Positions 34,263 through 48,859 of a DNA stretch of 64,000 nucleotides are shown piece after piece. The position numbers and the translations under genes were made by a program. Origin of the DNA: Malacoraja senta (taxonomy: Eukaryota); contig JAXLNO010000128.1 of NCBI GenBank assembly GCA_038087875.1, positions 1 to 64,000 on the forward strand, given 5' to 3'. Position 1 is the first letter of the stretch. Each line of letters begins with the position of its first letter. The notes beneath the pieces were generated by a model that did no database searches, was not told where the DNA came from, and worked only from the letters and a program-made list of their open reading frames with translations.

Positions 34263-35015
34263 AGTCAAGTCAAGACACATTTATTTATATAGCACATTTA
34301 AAAAACAACTCTCGTTGGCCAAAGTGCTTTACATTTGTTATAAGAATAGCACAACAAAAACAAAGTACATACATATATACATGTAGCCCTCACTCAGAGA
34401 ACGTCAGAAAAGGCTTGGGAGTATAGCTAAGTCTTTAGTCTTGACTTAAAAGAGTCGATGGAGGGGGCAGTTCTGATGGGAAAGGGGATGCTGTTCCACA
34501 GTCTAGGGGCTGCAACCGCAAAGGCGCGGTCGCCCCTGAGCTTATGCCTAGACCGTGGGATATTCAGCAACCCCAAGTCGGCCGATCTGAGGGGCCTGGA
34601 GGTGGAGTGGTGGGTGAGAAGACTTTTTATGTAGGTGGGGGCAAGCCCATTGAGGGCTTTGTAGACATGGAGGAGGATCTTGAAGTTTATACGGAACCGC
34701 ACAGGGAGCCAGTGGAGAGAGGCCAGGATCGGGGTGATGTGGTCCCTTTTTCGGGTGCCCGTCAAGAGTCTCGCTGCGGCGTTTTGGACCAGTTGCAGGC
34801 GGGACAGGGAAGATTGGCTGATGCCAGTGTAAAGGGAGTTGCAGTAATCTAGGCGGGAGGAGATGAATGTGTGGATGATCTTTTCCAGGTCATCAAACTG
34901 GAGGAATTGTTATATTTTAGCTATCGTCCGAAGCTGAAAGAAGCAAGCTTTTACCACGGCATTGACTTGTTTGTCAAATTTCAGTGCCGAGTCAAATATC
35001 ACGCCAAGTTTTTGG
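34263..35015 (-). mobile_element. L2 LINE, 5'-truncated, (TTGAC)n tail
   Basis: LGVIFDS, IHTFISSRLDYCN, HITPILASLHWLPVRFRINFK, APRLWN. Possible TSD ATTATCA at 34256-34262 and 35016-35022. Confidence 0.9.
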
Positions 35016-35084
35016 ATTATCATATAACATTCAGGATTACTCAGCTTTATGCCTATTGAAGGAGTACAGCTATCCTATAGAAAC

Positions 35085-37095
35085 AAACAGCTCCACAATA
35101 CTCCAATTTGGGCCTGACCAAGGACTTGTAGGCATTCTGTTTGGCGGATGTACTACATGCGTGAAAATTTCTTTTGAGTAGGCCGAGAGTTATATTTGCT
35201 TTGTTGGACACTTGACATATATGCGTCGCCCAACTTAAATCTTTGATTAATTAGACTCCTAGAGTCTATGGGTGATGGTCGAGAGCAAGCAATGTATAGC
35301 TACCCGTGTTGTATTCCACAAATAATGGTTTAATCTTGTGTGAGACATGCACGGTGTGACATTTGGTTGTATTGAATGACATCTGCCTGGTTTTCCCCCT
35401 CACAGGGAGCATCCAGATCCTTCTGTAAGGACAAGCTCTCTTTTGGTGTTTTAATCTCTCTATAAATTGTGGCATCATCTGCGAAGAGTCGAACTCTAGA
35501 CGAAACTGCATTTGGAAAGTCATAGATATACAGTAGGAAGAGCAATGGACCTATGACAGTCCCCTGTGGTACACCTGATGTCACAGAAGTTTCAATAGAC
35601 GTCTCTCCCTCCAAGAGAACTCGCTGGTGTCTCCTTGTCAAAAAGATCTCAATCCATTTTAAGAGGTTGCCGTCTATTCCTAAATGGTTGAGCTTGTACA
35701 GGAGCTGCTTATGGGGAACCTTATCAAAAGCCCTACTGAAGTCTAATATAATCAGGTCAGTCTGACCCTTGTTATTGAGTGACCTGGCTAGATCATCAAT
35801 GAGTCCCGCCAGTTGGGTTTCACATGTCGACCCTGTCGAAAGCCATGTTGGTGGTTTGTTAATGCCTTGTGGAAGTCAATATGGTCCATAATATGTCGGT
35901 GGATTATATGTTCGAGAATCTTGCATGGTATGGAGGTTAGTGAAACTGGGTGATAATTTGCAGGATTTATCCTATCTCCTTTTCTATAGATGGGGACAAT
36001 GTTAGCATTCAGCCAATCTTCTGGGAGTTCTCCACAAACCACAGACTTCTGATAAATCTTTTGGAAGACTAGAGCTAAGCTTGCTGAGCAATTCTCTAAA
36101 ACTCTGGCTGGTATCTTGTTTGGCCCTGATGCCTTCTTTGGTTTTATTTCTTCCAATAATTTCTCCACCCCGTTCGTTGTTACCTTAAGACCTGCAATTT
36201 TTGGAGTTTGTTGTGAGTTCAATGACAGGAGTTTGTCTAGGTTTTCTTCAGTAAATATCGAGCAAAACTGCTGGTTTAACACTTCGGCCTTGTCTGTGGC
36301 CAAAGATACTATCCGCCCCATTGATGTAAGGCTTGAGATTCCAAATACTTCCTGGCTCATTTTCTTGATGTAATTCCAGAAAGGCTTTGTGTCTTCTGAT
36401 TTTAAACTTTCCCCTATCACATCAAGGATGTATTCTTGATGCGCTTTCCTGATTTGTCTGTCAATTGAACGCGGAAATTTCTTAAAATCTGTCCATGCGG
36501 AAGTTGGCCCAGATTTTCTTGCTCTGTTATAAAGCCTTTTTTTTTTCCTAATTGCATGCCTAATTGATGAATTTGCCCATGGTAAATTATATCTGGTGGA
36601 ACACATTTTTGTCAGAATAAAACGGTCCATGGCCCCGACAAGAACTTGTTTAAAATCTAACCACTGCGTGTTTGTGTCTGTTGCTGCCACATAATCTCCT
36701 GTTAATTTCTCATTAAATTCTGATATGTGATCATCTATGGATGAGAAATCTGCCTTTTTGTAGAGGAACATCTTCCTTCTCGGTAGTCTAACTGCTTTGG
36801 CTGTCATCTTGGCTTGGACAATAACAGCATCATGGTCACTTGTGCCTGATGTAACATCATAACTTTCTACAAAGGAGGGATGGCTGACAAAACACAAGTC
36901 AAGTATATTTCTGTCTCTCGTGGGCTTATCAACCATTTGAGTGAGGTTAAAATCAATGGCCAAATCCAACATAATCTTGCTACATGCGGTATTTCTTCCC
37001 CCGGTACGAAGAGAATTGCTGGACCAGTCGATATCAGGGAGATTAAAATTACCCAGTAGCCACACAGAAGCAGACTTCGGAACCTTGGATAAAGA
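35085..37095 (-). mobile_element. CR1-group (Crack/Daphne-like) LINE, downstream half of ORF2 (APE end + RT); 3' end missing
   Basis: GNFNLPDIDW, TSDH, KASGPNKIP, NYHPVSLTS, QHGFR, GVPQGTVIGPLLF, LFADD, LVRPKLEY. Continues upstream at 51636. Confidence 0.85.
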
Positions 37096-38582
37096 GAACG
37101 TTAAATCGGAAGTGGCAGTGATGCAGTTGAACAAAGGGGGCTATGAAGGCATGAGAGGGGAGCTGGCCAAAGTAGATTGGAAAGGGATCCTAGCAGGAAT
37201 GACGGTGGAACAGCAATGGCAGGAATTTCTGGGCATAATCCGGAAGACGTAGGATCATTTCATACCAAAAAGGAAGAAAGATTCTAAGGGGAGTAGGAGG
37301 CAACTGTGGCTGACAAGAGAAGTTAGGGATAGAATACAACTAAAAGAAAAGATGTATAACACAGCAAAGAGTAGCTGGAAGCCAGAGGATTGGGAAACTT
37401 TCATAGGACAACAGAAGGAAACAAAACGGGCAATACGGGCTGAAAAGATGAAGTACGAGGGGAAGCTGGCAAGGAATATAAAGAAGGACAGTAAAAGCTT
37501 CTTTAGATATGTTAAGGGAAAAAGAGTAGCAAAGTCAAATGTGGGTCCCTTGAAGGCAGACACGGGTGAAATTATTATGGGCAATAAGGAAATGGCAGAA
37601 GAATTGAATAGGTACTTCGGATCTGTCTTCACTAAGGAAGACACAAACAATCTCCCAGATGTACTGGAGGACAGAGGATCTAAGGGTGTAGAGGAACTGA
37701 AAGAAATTTCCATTAGGCGAGAAATAGTATTGGGTAGGCTAATGGGACTGAAGGATGATAAATCCCCTGGGCCTGATGGTCTGCATCCCAGGGTCATCAG
37801 GGAGGTGGCTCTAGAAATAGTGGACGCATTGGTGATCATTTTCCAATGTTCAATAGATTCAGGATCAGTTCCTGTGGATTGGAGGATAGCTAATGTTATC
37901 CCACTTTTCAAGAAAGGAGCGAGAGAAAAAACGGGGAATTACAGACCAGTTAGCATGACTTCGGTGGTGGGAAAGATGCTGGAGTCAATTATTAAAGAGG
38001 TAATAATGGGGCATTTGGATAGCAGTAAAAGGATTAGTCCAAGTCAACGTGGATTTATGAAAGGGAAATCATGCTTGACTAATCTTCTGGAATTTTTTTA
38101 GGATGTGACAAGTAAAATGGATGAAGGGGTGCCAGTGGATGTAGTGTATCGACTTTCAGAAAGCCTTTGATAAGATCCTGCACGGGAGACTGGTGACTAC
38201 AATTAGAGCACATGGTATTGGGGGTAGGGTGTTGACATGGATAGAAAATTGGTTGGCAGACCGGAAGCAAAGAGTAGGAGTGAACGGGTCCTTTTCAAAA
38301 TGGCAGGCAGTGGCAATTGGAGTGCTCGGTGCAAGGCTCGGTGTTGGGGCCGCAACTGTTTACCATATACAATATATTAATGATTTGGAAGAGGGAATTA
38401 GGAGCAACACTAGCAAGTTTGCGGATGGCACAAAGCTGGGTGGCAGTGTGAACTGTGAAGAGGATGTTAGGAGGTTGCAGGGTGACCTGGACAGGTTGAG
38501 TGACTGGGCAGATGCGTGTCAGATGCAGTATAATATAGATAAATGTGAAGTTATCCACTTTGGCGGCAAAAACAAGGGGCAG
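37096..38582 (+). mobile_element. CR1 LINE, 5' part (continues at 50864-51635)
   Basis: KSPGPDGLHPR, NYRPVSMTS, KFADG; interrupted at aaaaacaaggggcag. Confidence 0.92.
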
Positions 38583-39852
38583 GGGAATTGAAATTACTAG
38601 AAATTAACAGGATATGTTTAAAGCCAATTATAATCCCTTACTTAAGAAATTAAATAATATGATTAAATTCTGGAAAACACTTCCGATGTCCTTAATAGGC
38701 AGAATAAATGCTATAAAAAAGATTTTCTTACCACAAATCCTATACCTATTTCAATCAATACCTATATATCTCCCAAAAAAGTTTTTCAAAAAATTGGACT
38801 CAGACATTACAAATTTTATATGGGATTATAAATCCCATAGAATACAAAGAGCACACCTTAATAAACGAAAAGAGTTGGGGGGTCTCGCGCTCCCTAACTT
38901 TATGTATTATAAATGGGCAGTAAATATTAAAAATATGATTCACCTGCTGGACAATTCTGCCCAGCAGGTGGACTGGATTATAATGGAAAAAGAGGACTGT
39001 TCCCCGAGTAATATAGGAGCGATTATTCTCTCTCCAATAAATTTGAATAATAAAAATTATAATAAAAACCCAATTATAAATAGCACAATTAGAACATGGA
39101 AACAAATAAAACAGAATCTAAAATTAAGAAACCTATCTCTCTCAATACCAATAGTTAATAACCCATCGTTTAAACCTTCAACCATAGACAAATCATTTAT
39201 ACAATGGGAAAGAATGGGAATCAAAACGCTCGAAGATCTGTATGAATTGGGAAAATTACTATCATTTCAACAACTACAACTGAAATATAATCTGAAAAAT
39301 AATCAATATTTTAAATATCTACAAATTTGTGATTACCTAAAAAAACACACAAAAGACAATCATAATATGCCTTCCGACTTACTAGATGAAGCAATGAAGA
39401 CAAAGGCGGAATCAGCTAATCTAATATCGTACTTATATAATATCATTTTAAACATAGAAATACCCACAACAGATGGAATTAGAAGAGACTGGGAACAAGA
39501 ATTAGCTATAAAAATTTCAAAAGAGAGCTGGGATAACCATTTACTACAGGTGCATAAATGTTCGATCAACGTACGACATACGCTCATCCAATTCAAAACA
39601 TTACATAGACTATATTATTCAAAAACTAAATTAAATAAAATCTTTCCTAATGTTTCACCAATCTGTGATAAATGTCTATGTCAAGAAGCTACCATAGCGC
39701 ATTCTTTTGTTTTTTGTACAAAAATCCAAAATTTTTGGTATGAAATATTTGATATTTTCTCAAAATTAATTAAAATAAAACTGGTACCAAAACCAGAATG
39801 GATCATTTTTGGAATATCGGAAGGTATCCCTGAATTAAATGTGTACCAGAAG

Positions 39853-42340
39853 AAACATAGAAACATAGAAAGTAGGTGCGAGAGTAGACCACCAGGCCCA
39901 TCGAGCCCGCACCGCCATTCGCTCATGGCTGAACACTAAACAGACACCCTTACCCACAAACAGTAGACACAAGACACAGAACACAAGACACTACCCTCCC
40001 CTTTATATCGCTATCACCCCTCTCCACCCCAAGAACCGCGTGATCTCCTGGGGGAGGCAAAAAAAACGGATAAAAACCCAGGTCCAATTCGGGAAAAAAA
40101 TCCGGGAAATTCCTCTCCGACCCCAATCCAGGCGATCGACACTTGTCCAGGAGATCACTCAGGTCTTACTATACTAACCATACCTAGGTCCATATCCCTG
40201 CCCTCTCCCCATAGCCCCTTATCCCCTTGGCAGCTAAAAAAACATCTATTTTAGACTTAAATATATTTAATGTTTCTGCTTCCACTGCTCCCTGGGGCAG
40301 TGAATTCCATAAATTAACCACCCTCTGGGTGAAGAAGTTCTTCCTCATCTCAGTTTTAAAAGAGCCCCCTCTTATTCTACAACTATGTCCCCTAGTTCTA
40401 GTTTCCCCGATCATTGGGAACATCCTCGGTGCATCCACCCGATCAAGGCCCCTCACGATCTTATATGTTTCAATGAGATCGCCTCTCATTCTTCTAAACT
40501 CCAAAGAGTAGAGTTCCAGCCTACTTAACCTTTCCTCATATGTCAATCCCCTCATTGCAGGAATTAATCTTGTAAACCTTCGCTGCACTGCCTCCAGGGC
40601 CAGTACATCCTTTCTTAAGTATGGACCCCAGAACTGTACACAGTATTCCAAATGTGGTCTCACTAATACTGTGTACAGCTGCAGCAAGACCTCCGTGTTT
40701 TTATACTCAATCCCCCTAGCAATAAAGGCCAAAACTCCATTGGCCTTCCTGATTGCTTGCTGCACCTGCATACTAACTTTTAGTGATTCATGTACTACTA
40801 CCCCTAGATCCCTTTGCGTTGCATTACAACGCAGCTCCACCTCATTTAGAAAATAACTTGCCCTATCATTTTTTTTCCCAAAGTGAATGACTTCACATTT
40901 ATTAGTATTAAATTTCATCTGCCAAGTTGTTGCCCACTCACCTAGCTTATCTATATCCTTTTGCAGACTCTTCCTATCCTCCTCATCCCCTACTTTTCCT
41001 CCCATTTTTGTATCGTCCACAAATTTTGATATATTACACTTGGTTCCCTCCTCCAAATCATTTATATAAATTGTGAACAACTGGGGTCCCAGCACCGACC
41101 CTTGCGGAACCCCGCTAGTTACCGGTTGCCATCCCGAGTATGAACCATTTATCCCCACTCTCTGTTTCCTATTTGTTAGCCAATCCTCTACCCATGCTAA
41201 TATATTACCCCCAATCCCATAATTTTTTATTTTTAGCAATAGTCTCTTATGTGGCACCTTGTCAAAAGCCTTTTGGAAGTCCAAGTATACCACATCCACC
41301 GGTTCCCCTTTATCCACCCGGGTTGTTACTTCCTCAAAGAATTCGAGCAGATTCGTTAAACAGGACTTCCCCTTCACAAAACCATGCTGGTTCTGTCCGA
41401 TGAAGTCATGTTTATCCAAGTGCCCCGTTAGTGTTTCTTTAATAATTGTCTCTGACATTTTACCCACCACCGATGTTAGACTAACCGGTCTATAGTTACC
41501 CGCCTTCTGTTTACTTCCTTTTTTAAATATAGGTGTTACATTGGCCATTTTCCAATCCACTGGGACCGTTCCTGCCTCCAGGGAGTTTTGGAAAATTATC
41601 ACCAATGCATCCACAATCCCCACCGCTATCTCCCTCAAGACCCTTGGATGTAATCCATCAGGCCCAGGGGATTTATCCTCCTTCAGTCTCATTAATTTCC
41701 CTAATACCACCTCCTTGGTGATCTTAATAGTATTTAGCTCCTCCATTCCTACCGCCCCCTGTTTATCCAGCGTTGGAATATTTTTTGTGTCTTCTATGGT
41801 GAAGACTGATACAAAATACTCGTTTAATGCCTTTGCCATTTCCATGTTCCCCACCAACAACTCTCCAGTCTCACCCTCCAATGGACCAACGTTCACCTTA
41901 GCCACCCTTTTTCTTTTTATATAGCTATAAAAACTCTTACTATTAGTTTTTATGTTGTTCGCTAAATTCCTTTCATAGTCTATTTTCCCCGTCTTAATTA
42001 ATCTCTTAGTTATTTTTTGCTGACCTTTAAATGCTTCCCAATCCTCTACCCTCCCACTATCTCTAGCTACCTTATATGCCCTTGCCTTCAGCCGAATACT
42101 ATCCTTTATAGTTTTACTGAGCCATGGCTGACTGTTCTTTCCCTTACCCCTTTTTTTCTTCATAGGAATAAATTTTTCTTGAAGGTTATACAGTAGATCC
42201 TTAAACGTACACCACTGCTCATGTACCGTCTTATTCTTGAGTCTGCTATCCCAGTCAACTTTGATCAGCTCAGTCCTCATACCTTCATAATCCCCTTTAT
42301 TTAGACTAAGTACCCTAGCCTGAGTTTCAACCTGCTCTCC
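39853..42340 (-). mobile_element. Young CR1 LINE, 5'-truncated, open 698-aa RT ORF (40184-42280)
   Basis: LDFQKAFDKVPH, GVPQGSVLGP, FVDD, LVRPHLEYC; (TTTCTATG)n tail at 39853-39870; inserted in L1-B. Confidence 0.95.
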
Positions 42341-42668
42341 TTATTCAAGAACTTATTCAATTACGGGCTAATAATGGGTAAAAGGCTCATACTTAAATTC
42401 TGGAAAAATGCGCCCACACCAACAATAAAAATGTGGACATCAAATATGTTGGAAACATTACATCTGGAAGAGATGAGATTCCGGTGGCGTCATGTTAGAC
42501 TAACAGACGTGCACCCAGCTCCTCTCCCGAAAAACTTCACGATTTATCGTGTAAAACGGGTCCGAAAATCGGGATTGTTTTTAAAAACCTTACCGGAGCT
42601 TCTGGTTACCGCGCTGATGACGTCATCGTTAAACGCGATGTTTTAAACGGTGGTTTGAAGCCCTTTAA

Positions 42669-43739
42669 ATGAGTAAATTGCCTCCAGCTGTGAGCCCTCA
42701 GAGAGCTGTGAATAAGCTGTCGAAAAAGTTTGAAGCAGAAGTTACCTCTGAAGTCTCTGAAGTGGCTGCAGAAATGGATACAAGATCTAAGAAAGACTTT
42801 GATGACTTGAAGAAATCAATGAAAAATTTGAAAGATGAGATCTCGGATAATAGGGTGGAAGATAAGAAGGAAATGAAGGAAAATTCGGCAAAAATGATGG
42901 AAGGAATGGAGAAGATGATGAAGGATTTAAATGCTGGTAACCAGAAGAATATGATGGATTTACTGGACATTATGAATAAACGAATTGATGAGGTGAAAGA
43001 TGGACTATCAGAGAAAATGGATAAGATGGATGTAATTACTACGGATAAGTTCACGGCTGTACTTGAAACAGTAGCTGCAAGTATGCACACAATTACGGAA
43101 TTGGAGAAAAATACGGCTCGACTGGTTGAAGACATGGCGAAATTGAGGCAAGAACATGAGCAAATGAGGCGAGAAAACGAACAAGCATCACTACAAATGG
43201 GGACTCAATTAGAGAAAGTCTCAGTCAAATGCCTGGACCTGGAAGCTCGCTCTAGACGCCAGAATTTGAGAATTCTTGGTGTTTCAGAGGGGGCAGAAGG
43301 GGAACAGGTACGTGAATTTGCCATGGGCTTGTTGAAACAACTGTTGAATCTTTCCAAGGAACCGAAAATCGAAGTGGCTCATCGTGTCCCAAGATTTGGA
43401 AAAAGATCTGATGCGGGAAAAGCTTATCCACGACATATTATAGTGAAATTTCGAGATACTGCAGAACTGGAATATGTTATGAGTAAAATCAAATATGGTG
43501 TACAATTGCGGCTGGACAAGGACACTATTAAGATATTCAGGGACTACCCACATGAAATTGTGCAAAAAAGAAACAAATTTGGTAAGGTTAAAGATCTTTT
43601 AAGAGGGAGAGAAGGGGTCAGATTTGGGGGGTTTTATCCCGCGAAAATGCGTATTTCCTTTAATGGTCTTGAAAAGTCATTTGTTAAGCCTGAAGACGCT
43701 TTCAAATACGCCCAAACGATCGTTGAAAAACAGAAATAA
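42669..43739 (+). CDS. L1 ORF1p, 356 aa
   Basis: Open ORF nearly identical to 31378-32439, with a 3-codon insertion. Confidence 0.93.
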   Translation: MSKLPPAVSPQRAVNKLSKKFEAEVTSEVSEVAAEMDTRSKKDFDDLKKSMKNLKDEISDNRVEDKKEMKENSAKMMEGMEKMMKDLNAGNQKNMMDLLDIMNKRIDEVKDGLSEKMDKMDVITTDKFTAVLETVAASMHTITELEKNTARLVEDMAKLRQEHEQMRRENEQASLQMGTQLEKVSVKCLDLEARSRRQNLRILGVSEGAEGEQVREFAMGLLKQLLNLSKEPKIEVAHRVPRFGKRSDAGKAYPRHIIVKFRDTAELEYVMSKIKYGVQLRLDKDTIKIFRDYPHEIVQKRNKFGKVKDLLRGREGVRFGGFYPAKMRISFNGLEKSFVKPEDAFKYAQTIVEKQK

Positions 43740-44547
43740 AAGGGAGCTTTGGCAGATCCGAATAATTCTCAGCTATGTTTTGTCTGGGGATAGTTACACT
43801 GTTATCTCTGGAATGTTGAATCAAGGACATTTTCTGTTCAAAACGTGTAAACAACTTTACAGCTGGAATATGAATCAGAAAATAATTGCTTATTGATTAA
43901 AATGTTATAACCAATTGTAAGAACTTATCCTATTAACAACTTTAAAAGTTATGCAGGTTAGATTAGAATACTAACAAAAAAACAAAAAAATAATGAACTA
44001 ACATACTAATATAAATTTTTAATAAATTGTAACCTTGTCTATAAGCGGGAGGAAGGGATGAGAAACGAGCTCCTGGCTTATGTCCAGGAGCACGTCTCGT
44101 TAACCCCTTCAACCAACAGTTGATTCTTATTGAAATCAAAAATATTGGTTTAATAATTAAACTCTGATATATATATATGTTATAAGGAAATATCAGGGTA
44201 AAATTGTATTATATATCTGAATGTGAGGCCTCGTTTTAATATTTTAATATGTTATGATTAACTAAGAGAGCGGAGCTAGTTGAGTAACAACGCAATGGAA
44301 GTCAAAACAAGGTTTTTTCCCACCTACAGGTGGGTCACTCGCTACAGTGCCGATTAGATCAGACACTGTAGCCTCACTTTTTTAGTTTTTTTTTTATCAC
44401 ATAAAATCACTTGTTTGTGTTTTGTGTTTAGTGATAAGAGTAATATGGACATACCAGCAAAAGTTAATAATTCAAAAACTCCCCCAATACCTAAAGACCT
44501 GGGACATGGACGCACCACAAGATTCAAAGGTACTATAATTATTCAAA

Positions 44548-47500
44548 ATGCATGACACCACACAAAAGAACCTAGGAGGAATCTCATTTTGTAGTTGGAA
44601 TATAAGAGGTATTAACGAACCTATCAAAAGGGGTAAGATATTAGCTCAGCTAAAAATGTATAATTCTGACATTACCTTCCTACAAGAAACACACCTAAAA
44701 CCTCAGGACCAAGTTAGGCTGAGGGCAAAATGGATAGGTCAAACATACCACTCTTCATTCACTTCAAAATCTAGAGGCACGTCAATTATCATAAGAAAAG
44801 GTATACCATTTAAAGCAAAGAATATTATAACAGATATAGAAGGGAGATACCTAATAGTTAATGGAGAAATCCATGACACTCCACTTACTTTGGTAAATAT
44901 ATATGCCCCTAACTTTGATAACCCCCACTTTTTCAATAAAATCTTCAATATAATTGCAGAGTCAAACTATCAAAATGTTATAATAGGCGGAGACTTTAAT
45001 TGTGTTTTAGATCCGTACTTAGATAAATCAAGTCAAAAACAGAGAGGGAATATGAAATCGAAAACTGGGGAACTCCTCAATACCTATATAAATAACACTA
45101 ATATAGCAGATGTTTGGAGAATTGTGAATCCAACTGGCAGGGAATATTCGTTTTACTCAATGGTACATAAGACATACTCACGTATAGACTACTTTCTGCT
45201 GGATACAAAATTAATCCCCCAAACATCTAATGCAATATACGATACAAATTTAATTTCAGACCATTCTCCACTAACTTTCTTTTTAAAACTGGAAGGATTG
45301 TCTAAGAATAATTCATTCTGGAGATTTAACTCTCAAATTTTAAAAGATCCACAAGCGAGTATATATTTAAAAGAACAAATGGAGGTCTTTTTTCAAACAA
45401 ATGATACTTCAGATATATCGCCTACTTTACTTTGGGAATCTTTTAAAGCATACATTAGGGGTATTATAATTTCATATCAAGCTTTTCAAAATAAAAAGAA
45501 TAAGAATGAACAAAGACAGTTAGAAGAACTTATTAGACAAATGGATATAGATAATGCTAAAGATCCATCAATAGATAAACATAATAAAATAATAATTTTA
45601 AAATTTAAATTAAATAAATTATTATCTGCCAAACTTATAAGACTTTTTCAAATTACAAAACAAGAGCACTTTGAATTTGGGGATAAACCGCATAAACTTT
45701 TGGCTCGCCAGCTAAAAAAACGAGAAAAGGAACATACTATACCAAAGATCAAATCAGATAAAGGGGAATTATTAACAACACCGAAGGATATTAATAAAAG
45801 ATTTGCGCAATTTTACGAGAATTTGTATACATCTAAAACGATAATTGATTCCAATAATATCACAAAGTTCTTGGATACCTGTAATCTTCCAAAGTTAGAG
45901 ATGAAGGAACAAGAGGAACTGGGTGCACAAATCTCAATTAAGGAATTAGAAGATACAATAAACTCATTAAAAAATGGAAAAACACCAGGCCCTGATGGAT
46001 TTACTAATGAATTTTATAAAAGCTTTTATGATAAAATAATACCAAGATTACAAAAAATGTACCAATACGCTTTTAAAAAACGAATACTACCTGATACATT
46101 AGCGGAATCAACGATTACATTAATACCTAAGAAAAATAAAGATTTAGAAGAACCTGGCTCATATAGAGCTATAGCATTGTTAAACACAGATCAAAAAATA
46201 TTAGCGAAAACATTAGCTAGAAGATTAAGTAAATACATTAGTAAATTAATAAACCCAGATCAGACAGGGTTTATCCCTAAGAGATACTCTTCTAATAATA
46301 TGAGACGTCTACTCAACATAATGCACTCACACAAATCTGAAGATCAAGAATTATCAATTATTTCGCTGGATGCTGAAAAAGCATTTGATCAAGTAGAATG
46401 GAATTATATGGATAAAGTATTACAAAAATTTCAACTTGGAGAGAATTTTATTTTATGGATTAAGTTACTATATAACAAACCTACAGCTAGAATACTTACT
46501 AATAACATATTATCCTCGAAATTTCAACTATCAAGGGGAAATAGACAAGGATGCTCATTATCACCACAGCTGTTTGCTCTCATTATTGAACCGCTAGCAG
46601 AAAAAATTAGAATACACCCTGATATTCATGGATATAATACTAAAGACTCACATAATAAAATATCTTTATACGCGGATGATATATTATTGTATATTACAAA
46701 ACCTCAAATCACTATACCAAATATATTAAATTTAATTGAAGACTTCGGATCTTTTTCTGGATATAGAATAAATTGGAATAAAAGTGAAATTATGTCAATA
46801 AAACCGAAAGATTCAACACATCTTTTAAAATTCCCTTTTAAAATAGCTACAGAAAAATTTAAATATTTGGGAATCGAAATTACCAGAACATATCAAGGTA
46901 TGTTCAGGGCAAATTTTGACCCCCTACTTAATAAACTGAATACATTAATTAAATTCTGGAAAACGCTCCCGATGTCTTTAATAGGCCGAATAAACGCAAT
47001 AAAAATGATCTTTTTACCACAAATTTTATACCTATTTCAATCAATTCCTATATACTTACCTAAGAAGTTTTTTAAAAAACTCGACTCAGATATCACTAAT
47101 TTTATATGGGACTATAAAGCACATAGAATACAAAAAACCCATCTGAATAAACCTAAAGTATTGGGGGGTCTAGCACTACCTGGTCCAAAATGCAGCCGCT
47201 CGACTCATTACCCACACCAAATCCTGGCACCACATCACCCCAGTTCTCAAAGAACTTCACTGGCTTCCCATTTCCCACCGGATCACCTACAAAATCCTGG
47301 TCCTCACCTACAAAGCCCTCAACAACCTGGCCCCCCCTTATCTCATTGACCTCCTCTCCCCCTACCAACCCTCACGGTCCCTCAGATCCACATCAGCTGG
47401 TCTCCTCTCCACTCCGAAATCAAACCTCTGCACTTTTGGAGGCAGAGCCTTCTCCAGGGCAGCTCCCAGGCTCTGGAATTCCCTCCCACAACCGGTCCGA

Positions 47501-48859
47501 AATTCTGAGTCCCTCACCATCTTCCAGTCCCGCCTCAAGACCCATCTCTTCACCTCTGCATACCCTTAGTCCCATGTTCCCCCCCCCTCTGTCTTACTGC
47601 TCTATTTTGTTTTGTTTATTCCTGACTCTCAATTGTAAAGCGACTTTGAGTCCTGAAAAGCGCTATATAAATAAAATCTATTATTATTATTATTATTACC
47701 TAATTTTATGTATTATTATTGGTCAGTAAATATTAAAAACATGATTCAACTGATGGATAACTCCGCCCAGCAAGTAGACTGGATTGTAATGGAGAAAGAG
47801 GATTGCTCCTCTAGAAACATTGGAGCGATCCTCCTCTCTCCAATGAAATTGAATAACATAAACTATAATAAGAACCCAATTATTCATAGTACAATCCGTA
47901 TTTGGAAACAAATAAAACAAAATTTAAAATTAAGAAACTTATCACTTTTATTACCTATAGTCAATAACCCTTCGTTTAGTCCTTCTATTATAGATAAAGC
48001 TTATACACAATGGGATAGACTAGGAATTAAAACGCTTGGTGACTTGTATGAAACTGGAAAATTACTTTCATTTCAACAATTACAAATAAAATATAAACTC
48101 GGAAATAATCAATATTTTAAATACTTTCAAATATGCGACTATTTGAAAAAATATACAAAAGATCATTATAATAACCCAGCAGATGTACTGGACGAGGCAA
48201 TGCAGATAAAAGCGGAATCAGCAAACTTAATATCATATTTGTATAATATTATCTTAAATGCACAAATACCATCTACGGAGGGTATCAGAAGAGACTGGGA
48301 ACAAGAGTTAGCTATTAAAATTTCAAAGGAAAGTTGGAATGAATACTTATTAAAAGTGCATAAATGCTCGATTAATGTAAGACACACTTTAATACAATTT
48401 AAAATTTTACATAGATTATATTATTCGAAAACTAAAATTCATAAAATTTTCCCAAACGTATCATCTATTTGTGATAAATGTCAATCCCAAGAAGCAACTA
48501 TAGCGCACTCATTTGTCTTCTGTACAAAAATTCAAAAATTTTGGAATGAAATTTTTGAAATCTTTACAAAGTTATTTAAAACAAGACTGATACCCAAAGC
48601 AGAATGGATTATCTTCGGAATAACGGAAGATGATCCAGAACTAAATGTGTTTCAAAATAAATTAATGGACTATGGGTTAATAACTGGAAAAAAGCTAATT
48701 CTAAAATTTTGGAAGAAGGCTCCAATACCAACTATAAATATGTGGATTTCAAATATGTTTGAAACATTACACCTTGAAGAGATAAGACTCCTCCTAGCAG
48801 GTAAACCAGATCACTTCCACCTGACGTGGTCTGCATTTATAGAATTATTACAAACATAG
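44548..48859 (+). pseudogene. L1 ORF2 disrupted by L2 insertion
   Basis: Removing 47182-47701 restores ...GGLALP|NFMYYYW... Confidence 0.92.
47182..47696 (+). mobile_element. L2 3' fragment with (TTA)n tail
   Basis: VQNAAARL..HITPVLKELHWLP...APRLWNSLP; AATAAA and (tta)n; TACCT repeated at 47177-47181 and 47697-47701. Confidence 0.9.

Noticed and set aside
35788..37134. 448-aa ORF as a stand-alone gene
   Set aside because: Its first residues come from the antisense of the inserted CR1; the real upstream part is at 51636-52664.
42374..42646. 90-aa ORF joining L1-B ORF2 to other sequence
   Set aside because: Chance read-through across the L1-B/L1-A junction into the L1-A 5' UTR.
44548..47349. 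933-aa ORF with a novel C-terminal tail
   Set aside because: L1 ORF2 reading out of frame into the inserted L2 fragment, not a new fusion gene.
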